In this document: positions 50,073-64,000 of the stretch, in pieces
How positions within the stretch are numbered: position 1 is the stretch's first letter
Layout: each line of letters begins with the position of its first letter
Source: Phoronis australis
Lineage: Eukaryota > Animalia > Phoronida
Direction: 5' to 3'
Assembly: GCA_002633005.1 (NCBI GenBank)
Contig: NMRA01000677.1
Coordinates: 1 to 64,000 of the forward strand
Length of the DNA: 64,000 bases
Position numbers and translations under genes: made by a program
The notes under the pieces: model-generated
Told to the model about the DNA's origin: nothing
Database searches by the model: none
What the model saw: only the letters and a program-made list of their open reading frames with translations

Positions 50073-53000
50073 CATAGTCAACAGAGGGACCATCTGTTAT
50101 GCGTCACCAACATGCTATTAGTTGGAGATATTTGATATTTGATTTTTTTTACCACTTCTCATCCCAAATGACGTCGTATGGAGGTCGCAAGGTATTGTTT
50201 CATTTGCGAGATCCATGCAACGGCCATAAGCTTGTCCCATTCCATTGTTTTCCTTTGCTGCGTCTTTGTTGGACTTAACAATGCAGGTTGCATGGATATC
50301 GTACCTTGGGCGCACATCAGCCCGTTACTGATAACTGCTTGCTATTATCTTAATGATAAGAAAAAAAAACAAGGTGAACAATGGATGCGCCTATCTTTCG
50401 ATATCTATGGGATGAGCTTGCGAGGTAGTTTTCCCGTGGGTTATTCTCATGCACTACCTGCAAATGCTAATTCGAGTTGACATCTGATTGTAAACCTTTT
50501 ATTGGGTATAGCTGCTCGGTGCCTTTGGTCTTTCAATGATTTCTTCTGATAACAGATGTAGCTGATAGGCATACAGCCAATATTAGCAAGCAGTTGTGGA
50601 AAATAAAATTACAGTGATAGATGCCTCCAGATAATTACCTAGGATCAGTTTACTGGGAGACACAACTTGTCATTCAGAGGTGAATGAACCTGGCTGGGAG
50701 GTTATGTAACAACGGCTTTTGTCTGTAAGTTCTGCATTATTACTGATAACTTACCTTCATTCCTGTTAGTGGGTATCTTGCTTGTACATTCAACAAGAGT
50801 TGCCTTTTATTCTTTCCACTGGCCTATCTCTCACAATACTGACAGACATAACTGGCCCTCTCATATCATTTCAAGTGCCTTTATTACATAATGGGACATT
50901 AAAGGGGGAGGTTCATTTTGTACCTGGCAATCCACACAGTGCTACATCTGATTTAAGATTTCTTGAGTATAGGACTATGAAAAATTAATTAATTTTGCTC
51001 GAGGTCAGAGCTTATTAAATCAAATTTTGGGATTGGGCATTGTTGGCCATCTCAAACTCAAGAATTGCTATCACTGACAGACAATCAACAACTTCCACTG
51101 ACAATAGAATACATAAATTTAAGAGTAGACCATTTGCTTCAGTGTTAGGCACTAATAATGCACAAAAACGTAGTGGTGACTATTTTTGACAACTTTATGA
51201 CCTGCCAAATTAATTGTCAGACTCTGTTGATGCAAAAAAGCAGTGTCCAAATTTGAGAAATATGACAAATGACAAAATTGCCCTTGTGCCAATCTTAAGA
51301 ATCGAGAAAAAATCTGTTTGGGCTTGTAGACATGTGTTTCAGGTGTTTCATTTGAGCTGTCTATTGAAATAGAGCATATCTTCAGAGAAGTCTTCCTTCA
51401 CTCTCTGATTGACATTTACAAATTTCGAAGTGCATAAAAAGGGCTTGGAAATGATTGACATTCACTGGCCTGACAGCATTACTAATTGTTTAGATGGTTT
51501 TGATGCATGTGCGTTGTTTGATTAAATTGATGTCCTGGGGTATACCGAGCTAATATTTTGGGGGTTTAATGAGGGTACCCTTATCAGTTCTCATCACCAT
51601 TTTCTACAAAGGTTTTTGATATATTCTTTTTGCGTCCATCCAAGTCTCATTAAGCCAAAAGAGCTAGAGGCAGTTGCCAGGGAGTGTGCATCCCAATTTC
51701 TTCTAGTTAGCATTGCATTTTAACGCGTGTCGCGTGGTGTCGTGAGCTGCTCTGAGCTGTTTGTTAGAAATTCAGTCACACCCTTCAGTGGGTGTGTTCT
51801 TCAACGTTTTATCATTACTACCAGTTTGTCTGTTCAAGATGGACACGAGCTGGTCATCAATATTGCACCATTTCCTCCTCTAAGCTTTGGCACTTTGGAA
51901 TAGAACATTGACTCAAGACTGGCTTGACTGAGATATAACACAGTGTCATTTCCTGTTATGATATACATTTGGCTCAAAGGAATTTTTGGATTTTCTGAGA
52001 AGGCGTGGGCTTGCCGCTATAATGACTTTTTCATGGTATATTTCTATTTTCTCATAATTAGATTTAAAAGAACTCGTCTTAAACACCTGATGTGTGAACT
52101 TGTTTCCACCTGCTCTTGAATATCCTTATTGCTGGTCTAATCCACTTATGTCTAGCCATGTGCTGCCTTTTGTTAAATTGTGGGAATTTCTATAAGTGCC
52201 TGTTTTATTATATCATGTGTCCGGTTGCCATGGTTACTTTATTCATTGTTATAGAATGAAGAAATATGACTCTGATTTTAAATAACTTTACATCAGTAGA
52301 TGTGCTAGAAGACGAATATAAATTGTTTATGTTACCGGTGTGCACGTGAGCCAATTGTTCACTCATTTAAAGCATCTTTAAGCATAAAATATAATGTGAA
52401 TGATAAGAGATAGCATAAGAACTAGTGTCGGCATGTAGTTTGGCATGTAGTTCTCAAATTAGCACTTGTAAAAATTTGATTATTTGTATCAAAAAATAGC
52501 CTTTGAAACCTTGCAAGTGATAATTTTGGTGACTATTTCTCTGCAAAAGAACTGGATAATGTCACACCAAATGATGGATGAAACTGTGACTACATCAGAT
52601 ACAGCTGGTATCCTAATCAAGATGGCACCCATCTGGTTTGGTGTTGGGTTCCTGGAGTGTGCTTTGTTGTTGCCACCGAAATAATTGTGTCTGGACTGTT
52701 ATGTAAGAAGAGTCCAGCGTTACCATGAAAACTGCTCATCTGTATTTATTAGATAGCTCCCTCAGGGCTGACTGGCCTCTGCTGTCACTAGTAATATTTC
52801 TCCTGCTCCATTTCATCCATATGTAAATGAGAACTGCTCACCATGAGTGAGTAATAATTGGCCAGTCTCCAATTAATACTTTCCCATTTAAGTCTCCCAC
52901 TGATGGTTTAACTCCCTGCAACTTCCCTTTTGAAGAGTTTTTGGCTAGAAAATGAAAAAGTATGCCTTTGCGGTTTTGGACGTCTACTCCTCTCTAAATG

Positions 53001-56000
53001 AGAAGAAAAACTGTCAAAATTTTTTTAAATTGACTCCATTAGTCGTTACCATTAGCGGTCACACTTGCAACACTCATGTTCAAACAAGAATGAGAATCTA
53101 CTTTGCTATCAGGTTATCTAGAAAGTTCGTGACAACTCCAATGTTACTCCTGGAGAGTAGTTTGTGGTAATATTAGAATTAGGAGAGTTGCTATGGAGTT
53201 TGATAGACTGGGAATTTCTTAATAGGAAAGTGACATATAATTGAGTCTGCCAGAACAAAAATATAGGTACTTAAAATTCTTCACTTCATCTTGTCTGAGA
53301 TTGTTCAATTCGACCCAACTTATTTCACATAACATGCATAATCGCCATCTATTAAAATGCCGCTGGGGGAGGGGTCTTTTTTAGGCAGCTTAACTGACAC
53401 TGATTTACTGACCCCACTTTTTTTCAGATTTGTTGTAAGCAAAGACCCCAACACAAAACATGATTTTTTTTAAAATTTGCAGTTTAACTTTAAGACTGTG
53501 CATGTACAGCAAGAATTAGCCAACAAAGCTATTTGAACATCATCTACTCTCAAAGTTGTGCAATTGTATTCATTTACAACTTGGAAATGTAAAAACAAAA
53601 AATTCTGCAAGTAGGTGACCTTTTCACCAATGCTGTACCTTGGGGGCTCACATATCCCGCATCATGCAGTGTTATTCCCCAACACCACGTCATGACAGTC
53701 GAGTGATTTACGGCGGATCATATTTTTACGCCAAACTTGTTCTTAAAATCATTTGACAATTTTCAACCTATTTCATATACACATCGTAGCTATATATTGT
53801 GTTTGTAACTTATTTGGTCAGAGCTATAACAGAGATGAGGAATTTGCCTGAAAATTCCACTTGAAGAGCAGTTCTCAACTTGGTCATTAGATGTTGCAAT
53901 CCATGCGTGAAGTTACTTATCATTGTACATGGCCATCATTAAAATTAATGAGTAGTTGAGCTTTTAACCTAGCACTTGACTCTCATCTATGTCAGTTTCA
54001 TGTCAGGAAATACTGTAGTCCATCATTAGATAAATTTTGGAATGCATTGTAGCCGGTAATTAATTTAAATTAAGGTATGATGATATTCTGGAATGCATGG
54101 AAATTGTCATGTGATCTCCTGTTACACCATAGGAAGACCTCCTATTACATCATAAGAAGATGACAATGTCCCATGCAGCAAGCAGGATAGTGGTTGAGTG
54201 GGGAACTGTATTGTTGGTTAGCATATTGCCAAGCATCAGCTGAAGAGTTGCACATGCTTGACTGTGCAATTTTGATGTTGGCCGACGGGCGTGAGGTGAT
54301 CAGGGCGCCCTGAACTTTGGGAATTAATGGAACTAGCCTTAGTAAGATTGTAGGTTACTTTGACTTCTTACCCAACCATCAACTGTTTAGTGGTGTTGAT
54401 TTGTGCATCTCATCAGTCTGTGTAGACTGGAGGACTGTGGCTTGCTGGACATCAAAACCATTTGAAATGAGCTTTATTTAGTCACACAATACAGGTTGTG
54501 ATTAGCATGAGCAGTCTATTGAGGTTAGGTAAACAGGATAAACCTGAAGAGTTGTAATAGGGGTGGTGAAAAGTGCCCAGGTAAATATCAAATTACCTTA
54601 GCAAATCAGTCCTGGACAGGGTGTTCATGTGGTGTGTTGTTAGTGTCTGGCTTAGTTGGCAATTTCCCAGTAATAACTGAGGGAGTAATAAAACCAATAC
54701 TGGTTGAAGACCTTGAATTGGATCAATATCATTAAATGTGTGGTACTCGTGAGGCTCATTCATCCGAGACTTTTTACGCAATTTATTTGAAGACATGTTA
54801 CAGATTACTGGAAACTCATGGGATCAATGCAAAAATTACAGAAATATTGGATGTTCTCTTGTGTAAAATTTTTTCAAGAACGTCAGCAAAAAAATTTGCA
54901 CTAAATTCCCGGCTTTGTTGCTTCTTCTTGACTGACTTCAATTAACCAAGTTATCTAATTACATGATGTGCAATGTATCAATGCTTATTACATTAAGATT
55001 CGTGATGTGCAAATGGTTAGACCGGCAAAATTGACATGGCCATAGTGTGGTTTCCTTCATAGACAAATAATTAATTTGTGATGGAAATTTTTATGTCATT
55101 TATTTGAATATCCCACCAGACAATGGGGTGGGGGTAATTTGACGGCATTTCGGTCACAAAGAATTGTTAACGACCGGTTCGAAATCCTGCTGCGTTTTAT
55201 CCCTATTTAACAATGCTGAGCACTATCCACCGTCTACTCTATCACCATCTGGTGACATGGCGTATTACATTCGCCGCTTTGTCGGAAAATGGCTATCAGT
55301 GCAGTGCTCACAGTCTGCATTAGCCTCGTTCTAACCTCCAGTGCGCAGTCGGTTTTGTGCAAGCCGATAATACAGTCAAGGTCCTGACTGCATTTACTTC
55401 TTTGAAAGTCACATGATTTGACTAGCCTAATAAGTGCTGTACATTTACTAAGAACTAAGGCCAGGGTAGTGTACTTAGACAGTGAGATTATAAATTTAGG
55501 TCTCCCCATGCTACTAGACTAATCTGCCTGTAGAGATAGTCTTCTAAATCCGGACCTTATCATGTGATTCTACAATTCATGCCTTGCCCTTTTCTGCCTG
55601 CTACGTTGTTGCATCTGTGTCCCCAGGTCATCTTACAACCCTGTGGCTGTGGTTGATTTCTGTGTGCTCTGCCAGTCAGAATGTCAATAAAGCCTGCTAT
55701 TTCCTAGTCTTGTCACAAGTGGCTGTCTCTTAGTCATAGTATGCCTTTGTCTGCCATGGTAGTGTTTGTCGAAAACATCATGAATGTAAAATCTCACCGA
55801 TTAAGGACACCGCAAGGCGGATAAGTGAAACGTCATTTCACCATTTTTTCAATGAAACACATGTAGCACCGAAATTGAAAAACAAAAAGAGCAATTTTGG
55901 CAAGTAATTTTACCCAAAATTGGTGAAGTTTACCGTGTCTGTGACTTGCATGCAGAATGTCAATCTTGTTTTTCTAAGGGGATTGTATTGACTTACATGT

Positions 56001-59000
56001 TTGCATTAAGTACTAACCATTCACAGTTATAAGACTATGGCTCTGTCTCCATTTTTGTACGTTTGTGACAAATAAATGTTGAAAAGACCCTTCTCTTCCA
56101 CTGATGATAAATGTCACTCATGGAAATTTGAAATGTATTGATAAAAGTTCTCTAGGTTGGGCAGTATTAAAATTTTGGACACATTAATTTAAGTCGAAAT
56201 TGTATTTTCTTTGATTCTGAAGATTGGGACATGGGTGATTTTGGTGTTCAGCATATTTGTCAGATATTGGACACTGTGTTTTGTATCAGCAGAGTTTGAT
56301 AATAGATTTGCTGGCTCATAAAATCATCAAAATTGGTTGACAACACGTTTCAGGCGTCCCCAAAGTGTGTAACATTTATGTGAATGATAATTTGTTGTTA
56401 GTAAGTCTGAAATTTGGGACAGCCATTGTTGCCTATTTCTAATATTTGGTTCAAGCACTGACAAAATGATACAATTTTCACTGATCCAAGCTGATTTTTT
56501 TACTGTACTATCCAAACTATTTGTTGGTGAATTTCTTACACTAAGTTCTTGTGAGTGGGAAGAATGCAAGCCGTTTTTCAGCGATGAAAACGCTGGCGTT
56601 TCAGCCAGAGACCGACGTGCTGTCCTCTTTAGGGCAAGTTTCACCTGCAGCTAGTTTTCTCACCACCTGCATTCTTTTATTATCAAACCACAGTTAGCTC
56701 TGAAATTATTACTTTAATGTAACAATAAACTAAAGCCTCTATCCTATTAGTATGTGGGTCCTTTGAAGTAAATGGTCTGGTTACAAAGGTGGTAGCAAAA
56801 ATGCCAGCAGTTATAGAGTAACTAGAGCAAAATTTACAGTTGTTACAATTCACGTTATTGGTGGTTTTCCTACTAGTGGTGAAGTGCTTGCGAAAATGCT
56901 GGTATTTAAGCCCTCAACTGAACTGGGTAAAAATTGATGAAATTTGTATTTTTTCTCACTTTAGTTCCTGATGAGCATGGCTGTTTGTAAGATCAGCCAG
57001 CAAGTTGTGTGTGGAGGACAGGTTGTATGAAACGTAATGACTTGATAATATTGCAAATGTTATTCCGTCCTAAATCTGTGCTGTAAAATCTCAATGATCT
57101 AGGACCCAAAATTGCAAATTAGTGATTTTTTTGCATTTTTTATGAATGATAGTAACATCAAAGTTGTGCTCTAGCGTGTTCAAATTCTGTACTGTTTTAG
57201 ACAATGTCCTGAAAATTGCAGCCAGTTACAACTTAGTCAAAAGCCTTTAGAAATGAAAGAGGCAATTCTGGTAAAAAAAATCAAAATTCGTGAGCATGTA
57301 TTGTGATTTTTTCTAGTTTTGTGCTTACTGAAATGTTATACTAGTTGATGTATTAATGCCATTAGAAAATAACCTATCCCAGCATGCTTTTCTTCAATGG
57401 AGTCGATCCTCTGGCGTTTAGTACTGAGTGATACCTTGTGATCGGCAGGCACGTTTTTTGTCTGATTACCGAATAGCCTGTGGTCAGTGGTAATTGGTCG
57501 GATATTGTGTAGTGTGCTCTTACTGCTCATTGGCTCAACCTTCTTTTGAACTCTCAGCCTGAAGATAGGCATTATACCATAATTGGAAAACATCCTCAGG
57601 TGGGACATTTATATTGCTTCGCAATTTGGGCCCCAGCGGTGGGGATATTATGACTGGACTGTGTAGTGTGGGAGCGAGTGGATTAATTAGGGACAACTAT
57701 AATATTCTGAACAGTTGTTTTAGTTATTTCACATTATTACATGGCCGTGAAATGGAAAACACCTGATGAACTGTTTACACTTCTAACGCTGTTGTGTTAG
57801 TAAGTGAGTTTCTCCAGGCAGAACACTGATTCTCTGTCAGTTGTAAAGTGTTCTCAGCAGGGATGTGCATTCAATATCACTTGCGACAAACCTTGATTCT
57901 GCAACAGAAAATAGTGAAGATGTGGTGTTAACGTACCTTCACTCCCAAGATTCATTAGTTGAAAGTCGCGGCTTTAGAGAGCCTGGTTTTCATTTCCTAA
58001 AAACTCGAATTTGTCTTAGCAAACGGAGCAATCTGTTCAAGCAAACATGAAATTCGTTTTTTTATTTTGTAAATTGGGAAATTCAAGTTTTACTATTTCT
58101 AATTCCTCGCCTATTAATAGCGCGCAATATGGTGAAATTTTATTTTATATCAAATTTCTTCCCTGAAAGATTTAAAAAATTGAGTTGTTCGCTGGCATGG
58201 GTTGTTAACTGTGTAGAGGTCATATAACAGCATTTGGTAATGTTTTCAGTATTTGTTCAACTTTTGAAAAATGGAAAAATTTCAAATTTGGCAATTGTTT
58301 TTGTGCAGTAGTGGAGAAGTACCAAAATTCCTTACCTTTTCAACTCTGTCGGTTGCACTATAACCCTGGTGTAACCAATAACTTGGTGCAGGCCTTGTTT
58401 ATTGTTTCTTAAAACTAGACAAAACACCATTACCTTCAGAAAAAATGTGAATAACTACTTGAACAAGTCTGCTACATATCGATCATGGAATTGATTTTGC
58501 ATTATTCATTTTTTGTAATTTTAATTAAAAAAGCCAAAAATATCAGAAAGCATATACTACTAAAATATATAAATTCCTTGTAGAACTTCTAATTCCATGA
58601 AAGAAGTCAGACTCAGTGACCTCTATCAGTTTTGCGTTATCGCGAAAAATCAGGGCTTACCGTTTTTCAGTGGTGGCCATTTTCGTATTTACCTGATTAA
58701 AAATATGCTTATTAAAGACTAGAGAGATCCTGTTATACACTGCACAGTGTTCTGTGGAGAATTTGTGGAATTGCACCAAATTCCATCAAATAGCAATTCA
58801 AAGCTTATCAAGATTTATTAAAGTTAAACCAGTTTGCCCGTTGACATGATTTTTTGATCTATAACCAGAGAATTGAGTCATAGATATGGATAGAAGATCT
58901 GTGATAACTGAAGCTTTGCAAGATCACTCATGTGGCGTAATCAATGACATGACAAGTGCATGCTGTTAATTAGCGTAAACTTTTTCTTTGAAGTCTCCCC

Positions 59001-62000
59001 TGACTACAGCATTGTTAACAGGGGGCTTTCTGCTACCTGTCAAGATTATTAATTCAAATAGGAGACTAAAGAGAGAATATCTTAATTCTTCATCTCTTTA
59101 GCACACAATATGGCCAACAAGTATTAGAGAAAATAAGACTGTATGGGGAGATAGTGTAACAATAGGGCCGTCCCGGATTCTAGCGATAGAACTCTCCTTT
59201 GTCGCGGAGATAAGAAAGCGTGTGACCTCATTTTTGAAATCTGGCGCATTTTCGCGTCTCTCATTGATGTCGTGAAGGCTAAGAATTTCAGGTCACACAT
59301 TCAGTGGTATTTGTCTAGTTAATCAAACTTTCTCACGTCGGAGTTGCAGCCCATACCACAGTAGTAATACTCGTTGGCATTGGAAGGACGAATGGAGTAA
59401 TGCAACTGAGAAAAATTTGTAAAGAATCAGACAGCAACGAATAACATGTGAAACTTCAGCGGCATAAAAACGGGGCAGCAAATGTGTCTGATGGGTGTTT
59501 ACGGCCTTTTGGGTACATACAACGAGATTCGAGTATCGCTGTGTTATCCGGGATGGCCTTATTGTCCATGTTTACAGTTGGGGCGTTTATTTCTTCTAAC
59601 AAAGTTGTGCCTGAATATTCCATCTCTTTTGAGCTAGATTACAGAGTGCATTTTTGATTATGTAGCCATTTAATTCAGAAAGTCTACTTTTTTCATATGG
59701 TATTTCTTTACCTATTTGGCACACAATACGGTCGATGTGATATGTGAAATTCTATTTTGTTGAAGTTCTCCATTTAAAATATTTAATTTTTGTTGTCTAT
59801 TGCTATCACAGTTGGCACTGTGCAGATCTCACTAAGTAACTTTCGGTAAATTTCCCATTATTAACTGTTCAGTAATCATCTGCTTTTGACAATTTTCCAG
59901 CTTTTTGTGTGAAAGAAGTGGAGAATTACTGTACGTAAAAATGTCTATTTTTTGAATGGGTTGCTGTAAAGCTTATGATGAATGAGTCGACTAATTGTTT
60001 TTGAATGGCTTACTAAGCATTTGTTTTGGTATGTAATGCAGCCATTTTAGAACCTAGACCAGACCATGTTCTGGTATCAAAATTATCAACTGTCTTCACT
60101 GGCGTATAATGCTGTGCCAAACCTCTATCTGAGGCCAAACCAACATCTCACTTTAAGGATCCTTTGTTTGAATTGAAATTTGTTACGACATACGATTCCC
60201 TTGACGGTCATACTGCCTTGGCGACTGAAACTACCCGCCATGACATGTATTGTAATGGGCCTGGTTTGAAGAAGTAACCACATGTCTGTTCTTCTCAATC
60301 CTCTTGACGGCCTAGAAATCACTGCTTATCTGCGTATGAATGATACGGATCTTAAATCGTCAAGTAGCCAGAACAAGGCAAAAATTGGTTTTTGACACAA
60401 AGTTTATTGTGCCTCTATTCGAAATAACCAATAAATCAGAATAGGACAATCTGTGAACCAAATTCCCACTCTACCAAAAGCTGCAAAGGTCCACTATATT
60501 TATGTTGACACTAAAAACTGGTCAAGACATAGTACGGTAGACAAGTGGAATGTTGTTTTTTTTTATTCATTTATTAAAAACATGTTAAGTATCACCAAAT
60601 AAATACTTTTTCATTTATTAGTCCCATACCATAGCTACCACCAGACAGTATTTTCAGAAATAATGGGCATTCACAACAATATTGTGAATCTTTGAAAATT
60701 AAGGTTAATTTTGGCAATTATTTTTGTTCAAAATACGTGAGATTTTACTGTAGTGTTGTGTTACAGTTGACTATGTTCGGCAATATGTGTCCGTTTGTGT
60801 TGTGGTTCACTGATGACGTGAATGAGCCGGACCAGTGATGTGTCACCTGGTACTGGAAGCCTGTATAGTATTGGAGCTCTGTGATATGTAGTTGTGTAGT
60901 CATTGCTAATGTGGTAGTTGGTCTGTTCAATATAAAAGGAACTTAAATCAGTGGCCGTGTGATATGGAGGTCTGATGGCACTCGCAATTCTTATGCAAAT
61001 CGGTTGAGAAATAGGCAGGTAGTGTGAAGAAATGTGAGTGAAAATAGGCAAGCTGTTCTAAAGTTATCCATTTTGACAATGACGACTTCGGCTATTAAAC
61101 TACTTCTCTTTGTTGGTCTGCATAATCATGTATTCCACTTGTTACAGCGCCCCTGTGGAACAGCTTCAGTTTTGACTCCCCATCAAAATTCTGCTGAAAC
61201 AACGATGTGAGGAAGTTCATGGAAGTTTTGTATATGTAATCATGAGGTGTAAAATACTTTTTTGGCTAGAGCCTGATCAATGAATTTTTAAGCTAATCTT
61301 TCGCCAACTTAGAGATGAGCACTTTGCTGGGAAATTTTCAAATACCCATTTCTCAGTGAGGTGTGGAACTGATTTGCTTTGAATCGACCCCTGCTTTAGG
61401 GACTTAGCAGCTGCATCTCCCCCATTTCCGCTACTATGACCAAATCAGTCCAGATGCCGTGGTTCATATGCTGTGGTTCAGATACTATGGTTAAGGTGCT
61501 GCACCATCTGGTTAAAGAATCTGGTGCATGTGCACTTCTCAGATTCAAAAACTTCCTTAAACAATGGCTGGTAATCGGCTTGTTTTTGTGGCCTGTACTT
61601 AACTTCTTATTGTTTTTGCTCTTTGAGTAATCTGATGATGGCAAGAGCATGAAGACTGTAGTCTGTGGTAAGTCAAATCGCACACGAAATCTTGGACAGA
61701 GACACACACACACACGCACACACACAATGTGCAAGTATATTAAGTCTGTCACATCCCCCCTCATTTGAGTCGAATCGATTCAATTTTGTGTTCACACTAC
61801 TCAAGGTATATGAATCAATTTATGCTAAACCATTTACATTTTAACACGTTTCCAAAATCGAACCACAAACTGATTTTAAATCGATACAAGTCATCAGTGT
61901 AAAAGTGGTGGTTTTCGTTGGCCTTGTGAGCACCATCTCTGGAATCTTGTGTTCACTCCCTGGTGAGTTCAAGTCCATTGGGAGCACTTGTTCAGCTCTG

Positions 62001-62801
62001 CAGTAACTCAGCTGCAAAATGTTAGATGTCAGCCAATGTTGGCATTTTCCTATTTTACTGCCTACTAAATCACCTTAATGACTGCAATGAAATCATAAAT
62101 GTCGACAAATTGCTCTGAATAATTTTATCTTTGCTGTGGATCTTCAAAAAACATCACCCACCCCTGCGACCATAAATCTTCTAGTTAAGGAGTCCTGCCT
62201 AACTTCGGGTGCAACATGAAGGAGCCCTGATGATCAGTAATTCACCAATCAATGTTTTTGCATAATGTATATCAACAATTTGTGGCTTTGATCTGTGGCT
62301 TAATTATTGCACTCACTATTTTAACAGACCTTTGATAGCACTCGACTTTTGTTTCAACAGAGAAGGGCCCTTTACTTGCAAACGGAATATTTCTGTATGC
62401 TCAAATATTCTAATTACCTTTTAGAACCAGCATTTATCCCTCGAATTTCCAAGACTGGGACATTTCGACCATTTTCCTGGTTTTGTAAAAAATCAACTCT
62501 GTCTGTTTAAAAAGTCCATACTTGTGTTGCTATGTCTCGCTAAGTGCATGACAGTGCCCTTTTCTAAACCAGTGACCCAAAACTGGGTGCTGAAAATGTC
62601 ATCTGTTCCACTTTTGTCACATGGCGCCTTCCCCTGTCTGGCTAATCACTGCAACCTTGGTTTAGCTTTATGTGTTAATTGCTGTGAGCTAATCTAATTA
62701 CTCCATGTATTGATCTGTGACTCATGCATAGTAGTGGCTCTATACTCACTGTACATAGGGATGTGGTGATGTGTACTAACTTCTTGAATAATTTTGGCGA
62801 T

Positions 62802-62923
62802 ACACAAATACACAGCCACCACCCTGTAAACATAGTGCCTCACTTATCAACCAGGCTACCTGCACAAACACACAGTCACCACGCTTGTAAACACAGTTCC
62901 TTCCTTATCAAATCAGCTTCCCA
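62802..62923. repeat. Degenerate ~60-bp tandem duplication
   Basis: acacaaatacacagccaccaccctgtaaacatagtgcctcacttatcaa is followed by cacaaacacacagtcaccacgcttgtaaacacagttccttccttatcaa. Confidence 0.6.
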
Positions 62924-64000
62924 GATCGCTCACAGATCGATTGCTCACGGACCTCCAACGAAGCTGCTGGACTAGCAAATTACAGTTTCAACACCCTAAA
63001 AAATGTGCCCAAACTTGCGGTTGCGGAACAGTGGACACAAACTCCATGTCCGTGTACTGTCAGTCCATGAACGGTGGGTGTGAGTCCGTTGCTGTATTTC
63101 GTGGGTGTGTAAGCCGTATTTTGTGAATCTAGCATTGGTTTTTGACGGTCGGTAAGGGGTGTCAGGTAGTCGGTTTGCCATGTTCAGTAATGAGGAACTA
63201 AGTTTATGAGTGCGGTAGTCGTGTTGTTCGCGTAGCCTAGGTGTTGTCTATAACATTTGACTTTTGGATTCAACATAATTGGCTGCCATTGTTACCAAGG
63301 ATCAAATTTCTTGAATAATTATTAATTGTAGTCCCATAACATGCACTATATATATATTTCTAAAACCTGCAATGATTACCAAAATTTCTGGGATGTTTGA
63401 AATCGTGTGGTTGTGTTTTCAAAAAAAATCTTAATTTTTCTCTGAGATAGCTCCAATTTCCACATACACACTTTTTCGCTTGAAACTTGAACATTCTATT
63501 TCTTTACTCTGTTAGCTCGAAAGCATGTCTAGCAGTTTCTTTTAGGCCTTTTTGCCCGAGGACGCGGCTGAAATGAAGACGTCAACATTCCTTGAAAAAA
63601 TGGAAGTCTTGAATTCTATTAGCTGTTAGGCAGGGGTTGTTGCACACAGTAGAGAAAATGTTTGTGCTGTGTATTACTTGAGGAGTTACGGGGATGATTG
63701 GTTGACTTCCTGTTACTGTTCTGTACAGTCTGGTGTGCAAAATTTTTCATCACTGGCAACTCATGGAGGTTTTGAGTGACCACAGTTTTCTGCTGGCCGA
63801 ACATTTGCAACTGCCTCCAAAACAGCATGCTGGTGCTGCGTTTTGGATAATTTTTGGTGGTGCTCCTCGGGCCCCCATGGAACAGTACATACAACTCTGG
63901 TAGTTTTGTAGGCTTATACTGAACATTATCCTGTTTGAACGTCACATGACTTGCAGAGTTTTTCTGAATGAAACTTGCTTATGTTGATGCACGTCTTCCA

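Noticed and set aside
55125-55195. tRNA or SINE (GGTTCGAAATCC B-box-like)
   Set aside because: No cloverleaf or clear A-box could be built. At most a decayed SINE.

Overview
Eukaryotic, AT-rich, intron-rich animal genomic DNA. It is most consistent with a marine invertebrate draft assembly containing single-N scaffold joins; the taxon cannot be fixed from the sequence alone. Four protein-coding genes can be reconstructed by splicing. (1) The 5' part of LACTB (mitochondrial serine beta-lactamase-like protein) on the - strand, running off the left edge. (2) A probably complete 9-exon MBIP gene (+, about 282 aa) whose inferred first exon sits head-to-head with LACTB, with only 213 bp between the ATGs. 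(3) A two-exon, polyadenylated-type linker histone H1 (H1.0/H5/H1-delta-like, 170 aa, -), convergent with MBIP. (4) The 5' end of a PTK7/off-track-like receptor gene (+), with two candidate alternative signal-peptide first exons (24029 and 39384), one Ig-domain exon, then more than 22 kb of intron to the right edge. The rest is MITEs (PIF/Harbinger-like and hAT-like, including CAG-ended elements with 5-bp TSDs), a 4.2-kb decayed hAT element in MBIP intron 1, RTE-X-like LINE fossils, minisatellites, and two tandem duplications joined at a single N that are probably haplotype assembly artefacts. I found no CRISPR, rRNA or tRNA, and no clearly new biological system. The most interesting leads are the dual leader exons of PTK7, the LACTB/MBIP bidirectional promoter and the 5-bp-TSD hAT family.
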